From the IMG/VR virus record IMGVR_UViG_3300048631_000128, positions 1 to 25,942 of that record: a stretch of DNA of 25,942 bases; one strand, given 5' to 3'. Both the position numbers and the translations under genes were made by a program. The notes below the pieces were generated by a model that had not been told where the DNA came from, searched no databases, and saw nothing but the letters and a program-made list of their open reading frames with translations. The DNA is from a virus. Lineage: Duplodnaviria; Caudoviricetes. Each line of letters starts with the position of its first letter. The stretch's first letter is position 1. Positions 7,447 through 16,872 of the stretch are shown piece by piece.

Positions 7447-7630
7447 CAGAAGTAAAAACCCTTATATAATATATTAAAGATATGAGCATAAACTGAACCT
7501 TACTACTACTACTAGAAACAATTATAAGAAGCAGTAGTAAGAAACAGAAGTAAAAATATATTAAAGATATAGTATATAAGTAAGTAACAACAACAAGCAC
7601 AAACCATTAGTAAGTCCACTTTGTTATATA
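7446..7630. other. AT-rich region with direct repeats; candidate primary replication origin
   Basis: ACAGAAGTAAAAA..TATATTAAAGATAT at 7446-7483 and 7544-7570; position analogous to the T7 primary origin. Confidence 0.45.
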
Positions 7631-7633
7631 TGT

Positions 7634-7708
7634 TATATAAGAGAGTAGTCGGGTCGAGGTTCTTTTCATACCTCTCTCCCCTAAATTCCTGACTACTCTA
7701 CTTATATA
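7634..7708 (+). promoter_or_regulatory. Long RNA stem-loop in the ssb leader
   Basis: TATATAAG-AGAGTAGTCGGG pairs with CCTGACTACTCT(A)CTTATATA; internal GAGGT/ACCTC hairpin. Confidence 0.7.
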
Positions 7709-7767
7709 TCTTATGTAAAGATGTATAGGGGCAATAAAGCCAAAAGTAAATAAATAAGGAGACTGAT

Positions 7768-8418
7768 ATGTCAACTACAAGTAAAGCGAAAGCAACAGTA
7801 ACACCAACAGGTAATGCTCTATGGGCAAAGGTAACTGAACCACAGAGTAACAAGTTCAATCCTACACCTATGTACTCAATGAGTTTAATCTTCACACCTG
7901 AAGAGGCTGAAGGTTTTAAAGCAAAGATGCAGGATTTATTAGATGGTTTCTACGATGAGACCTTTGCTGAAATTAAACCTGCTAAGCAGAAGACATTAGC
8001 TAAGGCTGATTTATTCAGAGAAGCAGAGGATAAGGAAGGCAACCTAACAGGTGAACTAGAGTTAAGAACCAAGCAGTTTGCTAAGGACTTCAAAGGTAAT
8101 GAACAACGTATGCCTATTGTAGATTCTAGCGGTAAGGATATCACTGAAGGTTGTCCTCTAGTAGGAAACGGTAGCCGAGTAAGAGCTAAAGTATTCCCTA
8201 AGGTGTACTATATGGCTTCTACTAACACCTGTGGCATTAGCTTCAGATTGAATGCAGTACAGATTCTAGAACTAGTAGAGTACGGTAATTCAGGTGGTGG
8301 TTTCGAGGCAGTAGATGGTGGTTATGTAGCCCCTACTACATTAGGAGTTGATTCTTCAGAAGTATACTCAGGTAATAAAGTATCTGAAGTTACTACAGAA
8401 GAAGACTTAGACTTTTAA
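7768..8418 (+). CDS. Single-stranded DNA-binding protein (T7 gp2.5-like)
   Basis: TPTG.ALWA, VGNGS, GISFRLNAVQILELVEY; acidic tail ending in F (EEDLDF). Confidence 0.93.
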   Translation: MSTTSKAKATVTPTGNALWAKVTEPQSNKFNPTPMYSMSLIFTPEEAEGFKAKMQDLLDGFYDETFAEIKPAKQKTLAKADLFREAEDKEGNLTGELELRTKQFAKDFKGNEQRMPIVDSSGKDITEGCPLVGNGSRVRAKVFPKVYYMASTNTCGISFRLNAVQILELVEYGNSGGGFEAVDGGYVAPTTLGVDSSEVYSGNKVSEVTTEEDLDF

Positions 8419-10055
8419 TGTACAAACAGGAACAGGAAGGTGAGTTAATAAGGGCTCATCTACCTTGTCCAGATTGCGGTTCAACCGATGCTTTAAGTGA
8501 GTATACAAACAACACCTATTGCTTCAGTTGTGCCCAATCAACTTATACTGGAAATAATACAAGTACTAACAAAATAAACAACAACAAGAGGGAATATAAA
8601 ATGAGAGACGAACTACTACACGGTGAATTTGTAGATGTTAAAGGACGTGGACTAAGTGCCAAGACCTGCCGTAAATATGGATACCACTTAGCAGAGATTG
8701 ATGGAAGTCCTGCTTACTTAGCTAACTACTATGACGACCAAAACAATCTAGTCGGACAGAAGATTAGATTCAAAGACAAATCATTCAGAGCAATAGGAAC
8801 AGTGAATCCTAGTGTTATGTTTGGTAAGCAGTTATTCAGGGACAAAGGTCGACAGGTTATTATCACTGAAGGTGAGGTAGATTGTTTATCTGTAGCTGAA
8901 GCGTTTGATTGTAAGTATCCTGTAGTCAGTCTACCTAATGGTGCTCAATCCGCAGCCACTGTTATTAAGAAGAACCTAGAATGGTTAGAAGGTTTTAATA
9001 CCATTGTCCTTTGGTTTGATAATGACCGAGCAGGTAAGGATGCAGTAGAAGCAGTGATGCCTTTACTTAGTCCAGGCAAGGTCAAGGTAGTCTCTAACCA
9101 ATACAAGGATGCTAATGAGATGTTAGTAGCTGAAGGCTCAGCCTCAGTTGTTAATGCTACTTATGATGCAAAGGAATGGAGACCTGATGGTATTCTCAAT
9201 GGCTCAGAGCTGTGGGATAAGTATCAAGAGGTACAGGTATTTGATACTGCTGAATATCCCTATCCTAAGATGAATGATATGTTCAAAGGACTACGTAAAG
9301 GTGAGTTAGTTACTTTCACTGCTGGCTCAGGTATGGGTAAGTCAACTGTAGTACGTGAGATTGCTTATGACTTGATGCTTAGACAAGAGAAGAAGATTGG
9401 TTACATCGCACTAGAAGAGAACTGGCGTGCTACTTTAACCAAGTTCTTAGGTATGTATAGTAACAAGCCTTTGTTCTTTGATGATGAGTTAAAGGATGAT
9501 GAGAAGAAGGAAGCTTGGGATGAAACAATTGGTAAAGACAGATTGTATCTCTATGACCACTTCGGCTCTATTGAGACTGATAACCTACTAGCTAAGATAC
9601 GAGTAATGATTCATAACTGTGGTGTGGATTACATTGTCCTAGACCATATCTCTATTGTTATCTCAGGTATGGAAGGTGGTGATGAGCGTAGGTCTATTGA
9701 TAACCTAATGACTATGTTACGTTCAGTGGTAGAAGAGACTAACGTAGGTATGCTACTTATCTCTCACTTGCGTAGAGCATCAGGTGATAAAGGACACGAG
9801 GACGGAGCACAGATTTCACTTAGTCAGCTACGTGGCTCAGGTGCTATTGCTCAGTTATCTGATGCAGTCATCGGCTTAGAGAGAGATGCACAGTCAGAGG
9901 ATGAGGGAGACAATATTTGTATCCGCGTACTGAAGAATAGATTTGGTGGTGTGTTAGGTAAAGCAGACACCCTAAACTATAACCACGAGACAGGTAGGAT
10001 TGAATGTGTCAGTGACGAGTTCGAGGAGGTTGAAGATGAAGACAGCGATTTTTGA
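8418..10055 (+). CDS. DNA primase-helicase (T7 gp4-like)
   Basis: Zn ribbon CPDC...CFSC, TOPRIM ITEGEVD and FDND, Walker A AGSGMGKST, LDHISI, LRGSG. Confidence 0.97.
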   Translation: MYKQEQEGELIRAHLPCPDCGSTDALSEYTNNTYCFSCAQSTYTGNNTSTNKINNNKREYKMRDELLHGEFVDVKGRGLSAKTCRKYGYHLAEIDGSPAYLANYYDDQNNLVGQKIRFKDKSFRAIGTVNPSVMFGKQLFRDKGRQVIITEGEVDCLSVAEAFDCKYPVVSLPNGAQSAATVIKKNLEWLEGFNTIVLWFDNDRAGKDAVEAVMPLLSPGKVKVVSNQYKDANEMLVAEGSASVVNATYDAKEWRPDGILNGSELWDKYQEVQVFDTAEYPYPKMNDMFKGLRKGELVTFTAGSGMGKSTVVREIAYDLMLRQEKKIGYIALEENWRATLTKFLGMYSNKPLFFDDELKDDEKKEAWDETIGKDRLYLYDHFGSIETDNLLAKIRVMIHNCGVDYIVLDHISIVISGMEGGDERRSIDNLMTMLRSVVEETNVGMLLISHLRRASGDKGHEDGAQISLSQLRGSGAIAQLSDAVIGLERDAQSEDEGDNICIRVLKNRFGGVLGKADTLNYNHETGRIECVSDEFEEVEDEDSDF

Positions 10056-11790
10056 CCTAGAAACTAACGGCTTACTTGATGAGGTTCATACTATACACTG
10101 CCTTGTACTCTACGACTTAGAGCAGAAGGAACTACACTCGTTTCCTCCTCATAAAATAGATGAGGGACTAGAGCTACTGAGTCAATACGATACTATAGTG
10201 GGTCATAATATTATTAACTTTGACATCCCTGTGATACGTAAGTTGTATCCAAACGTAACAGTAAGTGATACAGTTGTTGATACTCTTATCCTTAGTAAAC
10301 TAGCCTACTACAATATGCACTCCATTGATGAGCAGTCAGAAATACCACCCAAACTTAAAGGGAGATACTCACTTGAGTCTTGGGGGTACAGACTGAACGA
10401 TAACAAAGGAGACTTTGGTAAGCAAGAGGATGCTTGGGATAAATACACACCTGAGATGTTAAGTTACTGTGAGCAGGATGTTAAGTTAAGTGTTAAGTTG
10501 TACAAGAAACTCTTAACCAAGAAGTGGTTACCTGCTGAGGCTTTACGAATTGAACAAGAGTTCGCTAAGATAATAACTGAGCAGACCATTGCAGGTTGGG
10601 AGTTTGATGTAGCTAAAGCACAGAAGCTTCACGTGGAACTAATGAGAGATAAGGAAGCTATTGAGAAGGAGTTGTATGAGACCTTCAAGCCTAAGTATAT
10701 GTTTAAAGGTGAGAAGGAATATGCTAGAGCTCCCTTCAATAGATTAGGGGTTGCTCACTGGTATAACTCTAGTGTTGAATATACTCCTTTTAATCCTGCT
10801 TCTAGACATCACATTGCCTTATGGTTAGGTGACTTATATGGATGGAAGCCTAAGAAGTCTGAGAAGGGAAACCCAATCGTAGACTCTAAGGTACTCAGTA
10901 AACTCAAGTGGAGTGAAGCACAACTACTGGTTAAGTTCTTTGATATTAACAAGCTGATTGGAATGGTAGCAGAAGGTAACAATGCTTGGCTTAAGTTAGT
11001 AGGTGATGATGACCGTATCCACGGACAGCTTGATACACTTGGCGCTGTTACTGGTAGATGTACTCATCGTAAGCCTAACGTAGCCCAGACTCCTAGTAGT
11101 CGTGCCTTCAGAGGTAAAGAATGTAGAGAGTTATTCAAAGCTAAGAAGGGTTATCGTATTGTAGGTGTGGATGCTAGTGGATTAGAACTGAGGATGCTTG
11201 CTCACTATATGGCTAAGTGGGATAAAGGTAGCTATGGTAAGCAGGTACTGGATGGAGATATCCATACTGTAAACCAAGAAGCTGCAGGGTTGTCTACACG
11301 AGACCAAGCTAAGACCTTTATCTATGCATTCTTATATGGTGCTGGTGATGCTAAGATTGGTTCTATTGTTGGAGGTAAGGCTAAGGAAGGTAAAGCATTA
11401 AAGGCTAAGTTCTTTAAAACACTACCTGCTCTAGAGAAACTGATTACTGCTGTAACTAAATCAGCAACCAAGGGTTATGTGACAGGACTTACTGGTCGTA
11501 GGTTATATATCAGAAGTCCTCACTCAGCTTTGAACAGCCTACTGCAGTCAGCAGGAGCGTACGTAATGAAGTACTACACGGTTGCGTTGTATAACAACCT
11601 TAAAGGTTACGATGCTCAGATGGTAGGGAACATCCACGATGAAGTACAAATGGAAGTGTTAGAATCTCAAGTTGATGAAGTCAAGAAAATAGCGGAGGCT
11701 TCATTTGCTGAAGTTACCGACCTTCTTGATTTTAGAATTAAACTTGAAGGAGAAGCACAGGATGGAACAACTTGGTACGACACGCATTAA
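10036..11790 (+). CDS. Family A DNA polymerase (T7 gp5-like); start reassigned to ATG 10036
   Basis: ExoI FDLET, GHNIINFD, DASGLELR, RDQAKTFIYAFLYG, IHDE; GAGGAGG RBS before 10036. Confidence 0.97.
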   Translation: MKTAIFDLETNGLLDEVHTIHCLVLYDLEQKELHSFPPHKIDEGLELLSQYDTIVGHNIINFDIPVIRKLYPNVTVSDTVVDTLILSKLAYYNMHSIDEQSEIPPKLKGRYSLESWGYRLNDNKGDFGKQEDAWDKYTPEMLSYCEQDVKLSVKLYKKLLTKKWLPAEALRIEQEFAKIITEQTIAGWEFDVAKAQKLHVELMRDKEAIEKELYETFKPKYMFKGEKEYARAPFNRLGVAHWYNSSVEYTPFNPASRHHIALWLGDLYGWKPKKSEKGNPIVDSKVLSKLKWSEAQLLVKFFDINKLIGMVAEGNNAWLKLVGDDDRIHGQLDTLGAVTGRCTHRKPNVAQTPSSRAFRGKECRELFKAKKGYRIVGVDASGLELRMLAHYMAKWDKGSYGKQVLDGDIHTVNQEAAGLSTRDQAKTFIYAFLYGAGDAKIGSIVGGKAKEGKALKAKFFKTLPALEKLITAVTKSATKGYVTGLTGRRLYIRSPHSALNSLLQSAGAYVMKYYTVALYNNLKGYDAQMVGNIHDEVQMEVLESQVDEVKKIAEASFAEVTDLLDFRIKLEGEAQDGTTWYDTH

Positions 11791-12187
11791 AGCGATACTA
11801 CCTTTACCACTCTATTGGAAAGGAAGAGGAAGTAAGAGACGATTACTACTACTAAGCACTAATATGTGGATGCAGATGCATAGGATTCAAGCTAATAATG
11901 TAAAGAAGAATTATTACGACATAGTAGAAGAGTGGTGTAAGCAGTTACCTAAGTTCAGAACCCTAAGGATTGAGTACAAACTCCACTTTGATAATAAGAG
12001 GCTTAAGGATATTGATAACTTCTCAATTCCTATTCATAAGTTTCTACTTGATGCATTGGTTAAACACGGTGTCATCGAGGATGATAATTATAAGTATGTT
12101 ACTGGCTACTCAGCCGACTTTGGAGGAATAGGGAAAGAGAATTATGCTGTTGTGGAGTTAGTCGGTGAATACGAAGATAGACATTGA
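11762..12187 (+). CDS. rusA: RusA-like Holliday junction resolvase
   Basis: KDIDN..I..KFLLDAL..HGVIEDDN catalytic pattern; ATG 11762 preferred over TTG 11705. Confidence 0.8.
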   Translation: MEQLGTTRIKAILPLPLYWKGRGSKRRLLLLSTNMWMQMHRIQANNVKKNYYDIVEEWCKQLPKFRTLRIEYKLHFDNKRLKDIDNFSIPIHKFLLDALVKHGVIEDDNYKYVTGYSADFGGIGKENYAVVELVGEYEDRH

Positions 12188-12326
12188 CGAGGCAATAGGT
12201 AAGGTAGCTACTACAAGACTACCAGTAGACGATAAAGTAATAGCAAGTATGCTTAGTACCTTGTATTTATTAAAGGAACTAGGATTCAAACAAATAAGTA
12301 AAGGAGATAAGTATGAGCGAGACTAA
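12165..12326 (+). CDS. Small hypothetical protein, 53 aa (MNTKIDIDEAIGKV...)
   Basis: Hand-found GTG start with GGAG; fills the gap. Confidence 0.55.
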   Translation: MNTKIDIDEAIGKVATTRLPVDDKVIASMLSTLYLLKELGFKQISKGDKYERD

Positions 12327-12522
12327 GGATAGTATAAATCCTACTCACTACAAACAAGGGAACATAGAAGTAATAGATTTTATCTTAGACCAGAATTTGA
12401 ATTACCTTGAAGGTAACGTAATTAAGTATGTAAGCCGTTATAAGTACAAGAATGGCTTGGAAGACTTAAAGAAGGCTCAGTGGTATTTGAATAAGATTAT
12501 GCTTGAACTAACCAAAACTTGA
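12313..12522 (+). CDS. DUF3310 protein (SaV-like / T7 gp1.7 nucleotide kinase-related)
   Basis: INPTHY..G.IEVIDFI...GNVIKYV.R...KNG.EDLKKA.WYL. Confidence 0.88.
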   Translation: MSETKDSINPTHYKQGNIEVIDFILDQNLNYLEGNVIKYVSRYKYKNGLEDLKKAQWYLNKIMLELTKT

Positions 12523-12530
12523 GGAACAAT

Positions 12531-12767
12531 ATGACGTATGACGAATACATAGCCAAAGAAGGAGTTGCACTTCCTATAGCAGGATTTGAAGACCTAGTAT
12601 TTGACTACCTAGAAGCTCTTAATGAACAAGGAGCACAGTTACCTTTAGAAGACATAATGGATTCTATATTTACAGCACAAGAACTAGTACCACACGTAGC
12701 AGAGATGAATGCTGAAGCTATGCTTACCGACCCTATCCAAGTAGAAGGGGGTCATAGTGTCCATTAA
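12531..12767 (+). CDS. Acidic hypothetical protein
   Basis: GAGG RBS before ATG 12531. Confidence 0.7.
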   Translation: MTYDEYIAKEGVALPIAGFEDLVFDYLEALNEQGAQLPLEDIMDSIFTAQELVPHVAEMNAEAMLTDPIQVEGGHSVH

Positions 12768-13017
12768 AGTAATGAGATTTACAGCTCAGTGGTGTGAGCC
12801 TTGTAAGCAATATCTACCAATATTTACTAAAGTATTAGCTGATTACCCTGATGTTGAAGTACAGTCGTTTGATATCGAGACTGACGATGGGGTTGAGATG
12901 GCTAGTGATTATGGTATCAGGGGTGTACCTACTACTATTATCTTCGCAGGTGACGAGTATAAAGTGAAGGTAGGTGTAGTCCCTGAAGAAGAGCTCAGAG
13001 GTGCTTTGAGTGAATGA
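12757..13017 (+). CDS. trx: Thioredoxin
   Basis: FTAQWCEPCK active site and IRGVPT cis-Pro motif. Confidence 0.92.
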   Translation: MSIKVMRFTAQWCEPCKQYLPIFTKVLADYPDVEVQSFDIETDDGVEMASDYGIRGVPTTIIFAGDEYKVKVGVVPEEELRGALSE

Positions 13018-13408
13018 GCAACTACTATTAGACAGGGTTGACGAAATATTTAAGTGGGGAATAACTAAAACCGAGGACGATTTCTGCAGATGGGATGCGG
13101 AGAACGATAAATACATAGTTGAGTTGAAATGTAGACGAACCCACTACAACACTCAGATAATAGAGTATGGTAAGTTTGATGCTCTAGTTGACGAGGCTAA
13201 CTCTATAGGAAAGGAAGTGATGTATATAGCAGCCACTCCTAAAGTAATCCTAGTATTCGAGATAACTCAACTATGTTTAGAACAATACAACTTTAATTGG
13301 GAAAACAAGAGGTTACCTAACCAGACCGACTTCGGAAGAAGACAATGGGTCGATAAGAAGGTTGGGTACATTGATAACAATAAAGCAAACTGGAGATTAC
13401 CTTTATGA
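13010..13408 (+). CDS. Putative PD-(D/E)xK nuclease-fold protein
   Basis: RWDA....IVELKCR...IEYGK. Confidence 0.6.
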   Translation: MNEQLLLDRVDEIFKWGITKTEDDFCRWDAENDKYIVELKCRRTHYNTQIIEYGKFDALVDEANSIGKEVMYIAATPKVILVFEITQLCLEQYNFNWENKRLPNQTDFGRRQWVDKKVGYIDNNKANWRLPL

Positions 13409-14154
13409 AGGCTCTGATTGATAGCGACAGCTTAATATATAAGCACGCAAGTATAAACCAAGAGGTAACAGAGTGGGACGAAGACACTGTTACTATTGAT
13501 ATTAACTTAACTAAAGCCAAGAGAGGCTTGAAGCAAAACATCGAAGATATTATGGAGGCTACAGATACCGATGATTATCTGTGTGTGCTTTCTCCTAAGC
13601 AGACCTTCAGGTTTGATGTTCTCCCTAGCTATAAAAGCAACAGGAAACCTGCTAAGTATCCTTTAGAATTACTAAAGCCTCTTAGGAAGTTTATGGCTGA
13701 GACAATGAAGGAACACACTCCTACCTATGTAGAAGCAGATGACTACTGTGTGTGGAAGATGTATGAAGAACCTGGTGAGTGGGTGTTATGTCATATTGAC
13801 AAGGATTTAAACCAAGCTACTGGTGCTCATTATAACTATAGGAACTTTAAGAGCTATAGGGTTAATCAAGAAGAGGCAGATTATGTCTTCTACTTACAAA
13901 CCCTAACAGGTGACACAAGTGATGGTTATAAAGGTTGTCCTGGCATTGGCCCAAAGAAGGCAGAGAAGATACTTCAAACCCTTGATTTGACTAACGAGAA
14001 GGAAGTGTGGGAAGCTATTGTAGATACCTACGAAGATAAAGAACTAACAGAAGATGATGCCCTAGTACAGGCTAGAGTAGCGAGAATGCTACGACCTAGT
14101 GAGTACAATGGTGATGATGTAATTAAATTATGGGGAATTGAGGATGAAGAGTGA
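13405..14154 (+). CDS. 5'-3' exonuclease / RNase H (T7 gp6-like)
   Basis: LIDSD, YKSNR, EADD, DKDL, GDTSDGYKGCPGIG, QARVARML. Confidence 0.95.
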   Translation: MKALIDSDSLIYKHASINQEVTEWDEDTVTIDINLTKAKRGLKQNIEDIMEATDTDDYLCVLSPKQTFRFDVLPSYKSNRKPAKYPLELLKPLRKFMAETMKEHTPTYVEADDYCVWKMYEEPGEWVLCHIDKDLNQATGAHYNYRNFKSYRVNQEEADYVFYLQTLTGDTSDGYKGCPGIGPKKAEKILQTLDLTNEKEVWEAIVDTYEDKELTEDDALVQARVARMLRPSEYNGDDVIKLWGIEDEE

Positions 14155-15928
14155 GTATCTAGGCATAACAATAGATAGAGCACGTGATAAACAACTAACA
14201 ACACAAGCATTAGAACTTGTTAGAGGTTACTACTTACGAGGTAAAGAGAAATCACCTCAAGAGGCATACGCTAGGGCATCAGTTGCCTATAGTAATGGAG
14301 ATGTTGAATTAGCACAGAGGTTATATGATGCTGTTAGTAATGGTTGGTTTATGTTCAGTAGTCCTGTATTGTCTAACGCTCCTATGCCAGGAGAGCAAGC
14401 TAAAGGATTACCTATTTCTTGCTTTCTTACTTACATTCCTGATACTCTTGATGGGCTTATCGAACACCAGTCCGAACTGGCTTGGCTCAGTGTTAAGGGC
14501 GGTGGAGTCGGGGGTCACTGGTCAGATGTTCGTGCAGTAAGTAACAAAGCACCTTCACCTATACCATTCATTAAAGTAGCAGACTCAGCAATGACTGCAT
14601 ACAAACAAGGTCAAACAAGGAAAGGAAGTTATGCAGCGTATATGGACATCAGTCACCCAGACATTATCGAATTTCTCAATATCAGAATACCGACAGGAGG
14701 TGATAGTAACCGTAAGTGTTTCAATCTTAACAACGCTATTAATATTACCGATAGCTTTGTTAATGCTGTCATTAGCAATAGCAAGTGGGATTTGGTTGAC
14801 CCTCACGACAACAGTGTCAGGGATACAGTGGATGCGAGAGAGATGTGGGAACGCATACTCGAGACACGTTTCAGGACAGGTGAACCCTACCTCAACTTCA
14901 TTGATGAAGCTAATAGACACCTACCGAAGGAACTGAAGGAAAGTGGACTCGAAATTAAAGGAAGCAATCTGTGTAATGAAATTCATTTACCCACAGATGA
15001 AAATCGCACGGCAGTATGTTGCTTATCCTCCGTCAATCTTGAAAGATTTGAAGAGTGGAAAACATCATCGTTAGTCTGTGACTTAATAACAATGTTAGAT
15101 AATGTGCTTACTTGTTTCATTGAAGATGCACACCCAATACATATGGCTAAATCTATTAGGTCTGCTATAGGTGAGCGTAGTCTAGGTTTAGGTGCTATGG
15201 GTTTCCATAGTTACTTACAATCTAAGAACATCCCTTGGGAGTCAGCATTAGCAGTTGGAAGAAACAGACAGATGTTCAATCTAATTAAAGAGCAAGCAGT
15301 TGAAGCTACTAAAGCATTAGCAGATGTACGTGGTCCTTATCAATTAGGTATTGGCTCAGGTAGACGTAACTCACACCTACTTGCTGTAGCTCCTAATGCT
15401 AACAGTGGAATGATTCTAGGAACTTCACCTTCTATTGAACCTATAAAGTCTAATAGTTTTGTACATAAGACTAGGATTGGTAGCCACTTAATCAAAAATA
15501 AATACCTAGAGGCTACTATGGAAGAACATAGACTAAGACTAGGTAAGGATGAAGAGTGGTTAGAGAAGGAGTGGAGAGGTATCGGACACCACAACGGAAG
15601 TGTACAACACATAGATTATCTAAGTGAATGGGAGAAGGATGTGTTTAAAACAGCCTTTGAACTAGACCAATCGTGGGTAGTGCAACACGCTGCTGATAGG
15701 CAAGAGTTTATATGTCAAGGTCAGAGTGTTAATCTATTCTTCCCTGCAGGTAGCGATAAGAACTATGTGTCTCAAGTACACCTACAGGCTTGGAAGCAGA
15801 AGCTTAAAGGCTTGTACTATCTACGTACTTCAGCTACTTCTAGTGCTGAGAACATAGGTAAACAGGTTACGAGAGTAGCTCTTAAGGATTTTATGGAGGA
15901 TACAGAATGTCTAGCTTGCCAGGGTTAA
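14144..15928 (+). CDS. nrdA: Ribonucleotide reductase class I alpha subunit, no ATP-cone
   Basis: PISCF, SNLCNEI, AVCCLSS, APNANS, GLYY, C-terminal CLAC. Confidence 0.95.
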   Translation: MKSEYLGITIDRARDKQLTTQALELVRGYYLRGKEKSPQEAYARASVAYSNGDVELAQRLYDAVSNGWFMFSSPVLSNAPMPGEQAKGLPISCFLTYIPDTLDGLIEHQSELAWLSVKGGGVGGHWSDVRAVSNKAPSPIPFIKVADSAMTAYKQGQTRKGSYAAYMDISHPDIIEFLNIRIPTGGDSNRKCFNLNNAINITDSFVNAVISNSKWDLVDPHDNSVRDTVDAREMWERILETRFRTGEPYLNFIDEANRHLPKELKESGLEIKGSNLCNEIHLPTDENRTAVCCLSSVNLERFEEWKTSSLVCDLITMLDNVLTCFIEDAHPIHMAKSIRSAIGERSLGLGAMGFHSYLQSKNIPWESALAVGRNRQMFNLIKEQAVEATKALADVRGPYQLGIGSGRRNSHLLAVAPNANSGMILGTSPSIEPIKSNSFVHKTRIGSHLIKNKYLEATMEEHRLRLGKDEEWLEKEWRGIGHHNGSVQHIDYLSEWEKDVFKTAFELDQSWVVQHAADRQEFICQGQSVNLFFPAGSDKNYVSQVHLQAWKQKLKGLYYLRTSATSSAENIGKQVTRVALKDFMEDTECLACQG

Positions 15929-16872
15929 TGGAAGAGAGTAAGGTGTATAAACCATTTGCTCATCCTTGGGCGGTGGAGTATGCAGAACAACACGAAGATT
16001 TACATTGGACTGAGAAGGAATTAAATCTCAATGACGATGTAACACAGTGGAAGGACGGTACACTTACTGATGTAGAGAAGAACCACATAACACAGATTCT
16101 ACGTTTGTTTACTCAGAGCGATGTAGTAGTAGCAGGTAACTACTGTAACTATTACATACCTAAGTTCTTGAATAACGAAGTTCGTATGATGTTGATGTCG
16201 TTCGCAGCAAGAGAAGGTATACACGCTAGAGCCTACGCACTACTTAACGACACCCTAGGATTACACGAATCAGAATACAGTGCATTCCTTGAGTATGAAG
16301 AGCTAGCTGAGAAGGTAGACTTTATGCAGGAGGCTGATGTACATTCACTACACGGTATTGCTAAATCACTAGCACTTACAGTGTTTAATGAAGGTGTTAG
16401 TTTGTTTAGTGCCTTCGTGATGCTTCTCAACTACCAACGCTTTGGTAAGATGAAAGGTATGAATACCGTAGTCGAGTGGTCGATACGTGATGAGACCCTG
16501 CATACTGAAGGTATGTCTAGGTTATTTAGAGAGTTTTGTAATGAACACAGGAGAATTGTTAATGACGAATTTAAGAAAGAAATCTACGAGATGGCAAGAA
16601 CTATTGTTAGGTTGGAAGATAAAGTTATTGACCTTGCCTATCAGAGTGGGGATATTGAAGGACTTGATAAAGGTGAAGTTAAAACGTATATACGCTATCT
16701 TGCGGACAGGCGTTTAATCCAGATGGGTTTTAAGGGAAACTTTAAGGTTAAAGAGAACCCATTGCCGTGGGTAGAAGAACTAACAAGTGGTGACAGTATG
16801 AGTAACTTCTTCGAGAAGACTGTGACTGATTATTCAGCAGTAGGTATGACAGGAGAAATAATATGGGAGTAG
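15907..16872 (+). CDS. nrdB: Ribonucleotide reductase class Ia beta subunit
   Basis: FTQSD, EGIHARAY (radical Tyr present), NEG, DETLH, NFFE..VTDY. Confidence 0.95.
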   Translation: MSSLPGLMEESKVYKPFAHPWAVEYAEQHEDLHWTEKELNLNDDVTQWKDGTLTDVEKNHITQILRLFTQSDVVVAGNYCNYYIPKFLNNEVRMMLMSFAAREGIHARAYALLNDTLGLHESEYSAFLEYEELAEKVDFMQEADVHSLHGIAKSLALTVFNEGVSLFSAFVMLLNYQRFGKMKGMNTVVEWSIRDETLHTEGMSRLFREFCNEHRRIVNDEFKKEIYEMARTIVRLEDKVIDLAYQSGDIEGLDKGEVKTYIRYLADRRLIQMGFKGNFKVKENPLPWVEELTSGDSMSNFFEKTVTDYSAVGMTGEIIWE

